Position numbers and translations under genes: made by a program. From positions 3,906,001-3,970,000 of the forward strand of contig CP075495.1 in the NCBI GenBank assembly GCA_021613535.1: 64,000 nucleotides of DNA. Direction: 5' to 3'. The notes under the pieces were generated by a model that saw nothing but the letters and a program-made list of their open reading frames with translations, searched no databases and was not told where the DNA came from. Below, piece by piece: positions 56,103-64,000 of this stretch. This stretch comes from Adineta vaga (lineage: Eukaryota > Animalia > Rotifera). Numbering within the stretch: position 1 is the stretch's first letter; every line of letters starts with the position of its first letter.

Positions 56103-57934
56103 TTAAACAGATGTTTCAGAATTTAATTTCAAAACAAATTTATTATTTTTCATATCGAAAAATTTCTCCATCAAATGTATTCGTGGTATTTGATGAAATG
56201 TACATATCAAAGCAATATGTTCAGCATTTTGTTGTTTAAGTACAAAAGTTAAATTCGTATAAATCGATTGATTAATTGAAATGAGTTTTTTCTCTTCATT
56301 GTCATTTCTATGAGCTTGTGGATCACAAATAATTGTCCACGATTGTTCAGCATTATCATTGGATAAAGTAGGAAAAAGTAAGGTTGCTAATGGTTGAGAT
56401 TCGATTTGGATATAACGTTGAAGAAATGCACGAGGTGATAAATCATGAGATAAACAGGTTGATAAATGAGAAATAATACTATCTCGAGTAAAATATGGTT
56501 GTTGACGAGTTATTCGAAGATATTTTTGAAGAGAACGTGACATCGAAGAGAAGACAGCCTAGATAAAAACTTTTCTTCTGAAACAAAAAACTTCGCTTTG
56601 TTTTTAATGAATTTCTTACTTGTGCAGCTTCTCGTGCATCCATTGGCATATTTGAATTGTATTTATCATTAAAACATTTACGAACATTGGTAAATGCATC
56701 TTCACATGCACTGACTAATTTCGAACGACGTTTTCGTACACGACGTTCATATTCAAGTTCAGCATAGAATCTAGATAAGGATATAAAATAGTTTTCTTAC
56801 AAGAATATGATGTTTTCCTAGTTGAAAGAAGAAAAAAAGACGCAAATCTTCTTACCGATCATTGTATCCTCGCATTGCTTGTCCATTGTCTTTGTTCGCA
56901 TTTGCACCACCCATTAATGTCGATGCATTTGATTGTGATCCAGTTGATTTTACTGAATATCCTCCATGTGGTTTGATTTGTGATTGTTGTGCATTTTCCA
57001 ACCATGGATTAAATACAGGAAAATCTTTATAATATTGTTCAAGTAAATAAATACTTGCTTCTTGAATTGACATGGATCCTATTTGAAATGAAAATAGAAA
57101 AAGAAAATTTCAGTTTCTGTTTCACATACCAATCGAATATTGACGTGTTTGTCCATCAGGCGATCGTACGATTTTAACGATCCATTTTGGATATAACCAT
57201 TTAAGTTCCAAGATAATAATCACTAATATTAATAAAAATAAAAGTAAATCTTCATAAGTTGAAGTCATTGAAAGTATTTGTTGATATTTGTTAATATAAA
57301 ATGGTAATAATTTAAATAGATAATATAACCAATAAGTAAAAATAATGATTGTCAAAAGAATAATAAAAAGTAATTTTTGTAAATGTATTCGTGGTAAATA
57401 AATAGTATTTCGTCGTCGATGAAAGACGAATATTGTTCCAAGAAATAAAAATAAAAATTTAAATATTATTGTTATGAAGAATGTATAATCCGAAATAGAT
57501 ATAATATCATATCTATTTAATGTATATGGTAATGAAAGAAATAAAATTGGAGATATAAAAGCAATTAAACAAAGAAAATAAATAACAAAATGACAAATTA
57601 AGACCGAACGTGTACGATGATTAATTTTATTCGTTATATATTGAAATGGATCTGTAATTTGTAAAGTTGTATCATTATGATTACTTAAGAGATCTTCATT
57701 TCCACCATTACATGTTATCGTTGTTGTTTCTCCCCAATTATCATCTTGTGGAAGTATTTTAACTTCAATACGTTCATCTTGATCATCAGCTGAGGAAACA
57801 TTTTCATGACGTTTCTTATGATAATGACGACGAGATGATGATGATAGTGATGTGGGAGCAGCAAGCGAATCAGATGGAAGTATTATTGGCGAAGGTCCAG
57901 TTTTAAGTAAACCACCATATGTTTCAGGTTCCAT
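56103..57934 (-). CDS. VANGL: Van Gogh / Strabismus planar cell polarity protein
   Basis: IEVKILPQDDNWGETTT, 4 TM helices, RSPDG, YYKDFPVFNP, YERRVRKRRSKL, MSRSLQKYLRITRQQ, C-terminal ETSV. Confidence 0.95.
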
Positions 57935-58988
57935 TATCTAAAAAAAATCATATTTTATGATATCATCGAATATGTTCTTCGATAGTATATCGTCTTGGTT
58001 TTTTTGAGCAATAGAATTCCTATCTAACTTACTTGAATTTCTGAAGAACAATATTGTTGTTCTGTAGTATTAAGAGTTTTTTTCTTGATTAGTAACTCAT
58101 ATGGTGTTCTTTTTCCATTTGTTGTTGTCGTCATCACTATCGATCGATGTCCAGCAACTGCGCTTTTACCCCTCTTCTTCGTTTTTTTTTCCTTCTCTCT
58201 ATCACCTCTATAAACCCATGAAATTAACCATCTCATCTCTCTTCTTCTTCTTCTTCTGTTCATTGTCATCAAGCGTCATCTCTTTTTTTTTACGCCACTG
58301 TCTCGCTATGTGAACACGCTTCAAGCAATTAACAATACGTAGATTGTTCTAGTCAATTTTAAAAAATAAGGTCTAAATATCTATAGTGAATGTATCGGTA
58401 TCAAAAGTATTCTTTCTGTTAGTTACTATATAAATCTTAACTCGAGACATTCTTTCTTCTTTTCATTTAAATTCGAATGATTGATGAGCATCAAATAAAC
58501 TTTTTTTTTCTTTTGATTGATCACATATTAAACATCTATTTCTTATCTTATTGTAATCATCACCTATGAATACTACATGCGTATATACACACATATATAT
58601 ATATATGTATAGATCCATCTCATGAAATATCTCGATTAAAATTCTATTTAATGAAGATTCAATATGTTAAATAACACAATTATCTTTCTCTACTATATGT
58701 GTGTATATACACATATGCAATATTTTTACATACTGTATAAAGATATTTGTTATTGATAGTAGACATATGACGATCTTCTTCCATATATATATGTATCCAA
58801 ACTGATATGATGATATACGTAGACGATAATATGAGAAAATGAAATAGATTGTATGAACAAGTGTATCAAAAGACTCTTATTCTCTTCTAAAAAAAAGCTG
58901 AAGACGTTTGAGTAATAAATATAACCAGACTAGTTCTCATTGGATAATGGCGGCCAAACAATGCCGTTTTATATTCTTATAAGATACG

Positions 58989-59012
58989 TATATATATATA
59001 TATATATATATA
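58989..59012. repeat. (TA)n microsatellite
   Basis: Uninterrupted TA run; a similar CT/TA compound repeat lies at about 15325-15359. Confidence 0.85.
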
Positions 59013-59719
59013 TTCAGACAGACGACGAAATCTTTCTTCTTCAGGGCAATTATAGCATCTGTTCACACCCATAGTATCGTACAAAAAAAAAGAAGAAAGA
59101 GAACTTTGAACAAACAAAGACGGATAATAGTAACAAAGAATACATCTTAAAAGATCAATTGTCTGATGTTTAAACAATAAAAAAAAGTACACATGGAACA
59201 TATAATTACTATAAAGAAACGACTGACTGACTGACAAAGAATATCTAGCAATTCATTAATACTATTGTAGATACAGAAAGGTTAAAAATATATGAACATC
59301 GATTGGATATCGTACAACAGAAAAAGAAGAATAACAATATTTTCTGATTGATTTCCTATGCCATCTATGTAAAAAAAATAATTATGAAATGATTTGCATT
59401 GGATAACTTCGTTTACCAATATGAGATTCTGTTGAGTTTTATATATATATATATGTATGCCTTTCAACTGAACAGTGCTAGATAGACTTCGCAGTTGTAT
59501 TAACCATAAACAGCTGGTATAAGTAGAAAACACAAATATACATCAGCATCTTTCCAGGAGATATGAACATGCTGATTATTTAAATATACCATATGATGCA
59601 ATAGTTCGTACACATAATATTATCCATTTATTTATTAAGAAAAACTAATTTATTGATCTTATTAAACAGAAAAAAAAGAATTCCTTCTAGATTTATATAA
59701 AAGAAAATCTTGTTTTGAA

Positions 59720-61584
59720 ATGACGATAGGTCGTGCTGCATCATATTTTATTTCTACACCAATTTATTATGTTAATTCTAAACCTCATATCGGTCATCTG
59801 TATTCTAGTTTACTTGCGGATACAGTTGCACGATGGCAAGTAATGAAGCATCGGCCACCACCCAAGATTATTTTCTCAACTGGAACTGATGAACATGGTT
59901 TAAAAATTGAACGTGCTGCTTCTGCTGCTCAATTAACATCTTTGGAATTTTGTAGTCAAGTTTCAAGTAAAATACAAAACTTGATCTTTTTCTTCTTCTT
60001 CAATCAATGTTTTTATTCACTTTTAGACATATTTCGTACAATGTTTGATGAATTTTCTATTCAATATACGAATTATATTCGAACAACAGATAAATCTCAT
60101 TGTGAAACTGTTCAACATGTTTGGCAAGAATTAGTTAAACGTAATCTAATTTACAAAGGTAGTTATCAAGGATGGTATTCTGTACAAGATGAATGTTTTG
60201 TCAGTGAAGATGAAGTAAGAAACAGGTTAGTTTATTTGTTAATAATAAACATTTTTGAAATAAATAGATTATAAAAGATCAAACAGGTCAAGCAAGATTG
60301 AAAGAAAATGATCGACTTGTCGAATGGACTGAAGAAAAAAATTATATGTTTAAATTAAGTGAATTTCATGAACGAATTGAAAAATGGATCGTCGATCGAA
60401 AACCATTATTTCCTATAAAAAATAATAAATTAGCATTGATTCAATTGAATGAATTGAAAAAACAAGGTGATATTTCAATATCAAGAGAAGCAAAAAGATT
60501 ATCATGGGGTATTCAAGTAAGTTCATTTGAAATATGAATAGATAGATTCAATTAGAAATCATTCGTTATTGAGATTAAGTGTAGTAATTTGATATTGATT
60601 TAGGTTCCTAATGATCCTTCTCAAGTCGTCTATGTTTGGATTGATGCATTGATAAATTATTTAACTGTTGTCGGTTATCCCAATCATATAAGACATTGGC
60701 CTCCAAACTGTCAAATAATCGGTAAAGAAATTCTTCGATTTCATGCAATTTATTGGCCAGCATTACTTATGGGACTTGATCTTGACTTACCAGATCAGAT
60801 TGTTGTACATGGACATTGGTTAAAAGATGATAGAAAAATGTCTAAAAGTGTTGGTAAGAAAGATAAATAAAACATTTATTCGATATCATGTACACATGTT
60901 TTTCTTTTATATCAATATCTATTAGGTAATGTAATAGATACATCTGATTTATTGTCTAAATTGCAATGTGATGGTGTTCGATATTGTCTATTACGCGAAG
61001 ATATACTCTCACAAGATGCAAATTTTAATGAATCTAAAATGAGAAAATATTTAAATGCTGAATTAGCAAATACACTTGGAAATCTTTTGAATCGAGTCAC
61101 ATCTTTAGCAATCAATCCTTCACAAATCTATCCTTCTTATTGTCTACCTTTCTTTCCACCATCAACGAACGATCTTGTCGAACAATGTATTCAACTTTCA
61201 TCGCGCGTGAAAGATGCATATGATTCCTATGAATTTTATCATGGAATCATTGCTATAATGGATGTACTACGTGTATGTAATGGTTATGTCCAATTAGAAC
61301 AACCATGGTTATTAGCGAAGTCTTCAAAAGAAATTGATCGACAACGTTTACAGATATTAATCTATTTAACTTTGGAATGTTTACGTATATGTGGTATACT
61401 TTTGCAACCAATTATTCCGTCCATATCAAAACAATTATTAGATGTTCTTGATATTGATCAAAACAAGCGTTCATTAGATGATTGTAAGATTTTAATGAAA
61501 CATAATGAAAGAAAATTAAATATTCAAAAGAACGAACGTGTCTCACTATATCAACGTTTACCGATTGTTGAAAAAGATATTTAA
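59720..61584 (+). CDS. MARS2: Methionyl-tRNA synthetase, mitochondrial
   Basis: STPIYYVNSKPHIGH, GTDEHG, YVWIDALINY, IGKEILRFHAIYWPA, KMSKSVG|N, LANTLGNLLNR. Confidence 0.93.
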
Positions 61585-62043
61585 GAAATAAAATGAAATA
61601 TATTCAATCAAACGTTTTCACTTTCTTCTCCATCTCTCTTTCTCTCGTTTTCTGTCTATCTGTCTTTCGACGCATGAAGCGTAACTTTTATTTTCATAGT
61701 CATCTATGCTGAGTTAAGTTGAGGATGAAAGAAATTAGTTCTACGGTCGTGACCGCTGTATAGATATGATATGAAAAAAAATGTAATCATAACTGTTACT
61801 TCTTTGGCCTACGTATGTGCATTTATGTGACCGAATAGAAAGAAAAAAATGAAAAGAAAGAAAGAGAGAAACAACTCACCAAATGAATCTGATACAAGAT
61901 GATGGCCGTCAAAAGTCAGCCGATTTTCGTTGTCATTGTTCTTGATAGTATTTATCATTGACAATCATCCAAAAGGCCATGAGATTTTGCTTGTATCTTA
62001 GTTAAGTAAATAGACAAAATATTGACAGAAAAACTAACTTAAC

Positions 62044-63078
62044 ATGGGTCTTTTATTTTCAAAAAAAGGTAATTGATTTAAAATATTTATCTACCATAAA
62101 ACACGTCCATACACGATTATCATATTTTTGTTGTTTTATCACAGAAAAATTTGATGTTAATGGACAAAGTTATCGTATTTTGGGTATTGTTGGGCAAGGT
62201 GGTGAAGCTACTGTTTATAAATGTGAGGATGCGGATGGTCATCTACATGCAGCTAAAGTCTTCTACTTTTCACGATTTCCTTCCTCTCAATTACGCTATC
62301 GTATTGATGGATTTCTTAAAGAAGCACGAATCTTAAAATATCTTAGTGGACGTTCTCCACATTTTGTTCAATTGCATGATTATGAATATAAACCTAGTGA
62401 AAATGTTGGTTATATGGTTATGGAATTAGGTAGTGGTTGTTTAAGACAATATATGCAAGGACTTCCATTGACCGATCAAACTCGTCAAGTGTATTGGAAA
62501 CAAATTGTTGGCATTTTAAGAGCTCTTGAAGATGCACAGATTGGTAAATAAATTAAAATGATCTGTTTTACCTTCGATAAGTAATACTTTGTTTTTACCT
62601 CTATTTCAAGTTCATGCTGATATCAAACCTGATAACATCATTCTCGTTAATAATATTCTCAAAATAACTGATCTCGGTCTTGCTTTTGGATTGCCATGGA
62701 TGAGACAAGCTACTCGACGACCTACCGTTCGTGGAACAATAGGTAGATCAAATTGAAAAGTTCGATTATACACAGTTCATATATTTATTTATTTTAGATT
62801 ACATGGCACCGGAAGTTTTTTCACATCAAACGGGTTTCAAATCGGATGTCTGGTCAGCAGGCGTTATTTTGTATGAAATGACTTATGGTCGTCCTCCATA
62901 TTTTGGGCTTTTTGATCGAAATCAAAAAGTCGCTGCTATATCTGCAATGGCGCCTATAACTTTTCCTCCTATATATGATCCTATGCTGTTTGATTGTATG
63001 GAACAATGTCTTAGACCTATTCCTTCTCAAAGACCCAGTGCATCTATACTTCAAATGCATCCCTATTCACGTTCATAA
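62044..63078 (+). CDS. Ser/Thr protein kinase, Mps1/TTK-like domain, short N-terminus
   Basis: MGLLFSKK|..., GQGGEATV, AAK, YMVMELG, YWKQ, HADIKPDN, DLG, GT..YMAPE, SDVWSAG. Confidence 0.85.
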
Positions 63079-63638
63079 TAATAAAAAATGATTTTCTTTT
63101 GTTTTTTTGCAATCTATTTCTTCTTCAATCGAAGAAGGTTTCATTCTGAACATCTATGCGTACGACGATATATACCTATATATATATATTTTTATTTTCA
63201 GTTTTCTGAGATGTCGCTAGAGAACAGTGATCTTCTTCATTGCTTGTGTGTGTGTGTGTGTTTGATCTACTATTTTTTTAGTAGTACGAATTACTATGAA
63301 GCATTTCTTAATTATTTGTTATTCATCTGAAATAAGTTCAATATTGTTCGTGTTCTTAGTAGATTCGTTGTTTCAGTCTACAAATAAAAAGAAATGTTTG
63401 ATATTCTCTTAGGTTTTTTTTTCTTGCAATATGGACGTCGTTTTTTCTCTAACATTCATTCATCCGTGAAATATAAAGGCAAACTTGTGTGTAGTAATAA
63501 TCGCTGTTTCTCCTACTGTACATGAATATTAGATTATTTATCCAATAATTACTTATCAAACAAAATCTTTTAACTTGTAAACAATTGATTTATGTGTTTT
63601 AGATTTATTTATTTTTCCTCATCATAAATATAACATAG

Positions 63639-64000
63639 ATGTCTCAAACAAATACATTTCCTATATTTGGTAATGGTAATTCGTTTCATTCAAATGAAAA
63701 ATCGACTTCAACAAATAAATTCAATCTTCAAACTCTTTTGGATTTTTCAACTTTGTAAATATTAAAACTTTTGTTTTGATTCATTCTATTTACTACGTGT
63801 GTTCTTCTAGACAACCACGAGTCCAATTACATTTGAAAAATGTTTACACATGTTTATTATTTAGCACATTATGTGCAACATTAGGTGTCTATTTTTCTTT
63901 GAATGGATGGTTAAATTATCCTCGTTTGGCTGTTTTTGCGTCGATAATTACAACAATTTGGTTATTTACACTTGATTTCAATGCCCAAACACAAATAAAA
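63639..64000 (+). CDS. TMBIM6: Bax inhibitor-1 family protein, 5' partial
   Basis: FNLQTLLDFSTL|QPRVQLHLKNVYTCLLFSTLCATLGVY resembles BI-1 [24 protein letters not shown]. Confidence 0.8.

Overview
This is eukaryotic, AT-rich, gene-dense DNA with many short GT-AG introns (mostly 50-70 bp). Composition, intron size and gene content best fit a bdelloid rotifer such as Adineta; that is an inference. I can reconstruct about 28 spliced or single-exon genes. Recognisable ones are MDM1-like (partial), RNF24/122-like, FANCL, MRPS23, a GIMAP/AIG1 GTPase, PRKX-like kinase, a secreted 4x hevein + DPBB (expansin/barwin-like) protein, an atypical O2-type soluble guanylate cyclase, two tandem UBASH3/STS-type histidine phosphatases, TDP-43, CATSPER1-like, RRP7 C-terminal domain, 3x RanBP2-ZnF-RING, BLM-like RecQ, an RTA1-like 7TM protein, two tandem USPs, a trypsin, aprataxin, Van Gogh, mitochondrial MetRS, an Mps1-like kinase and Bax inhibitor-1 (partial). 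Two paralogues carry an unusual repeated Cys/His module. There are two clean mobile-element footprints: a solo LTR with a 5-bp TSD inside a pseudogene, and a TTAA piggyBac-type MITE. The highlights are a BLM helicase with an in-frame RING finger and PIP-like motif, an intact CatSper1 channel at the end of an operon-like cluster with unpaired splice acceptors, an sGC with two duplicated alternative first exons for the distal heme pocket, and two fungal/plant-like HGT candidates. Exon boundaries were read by eye and may be off by a few bases. No RNA genes or CRISPR arrays were recognised.
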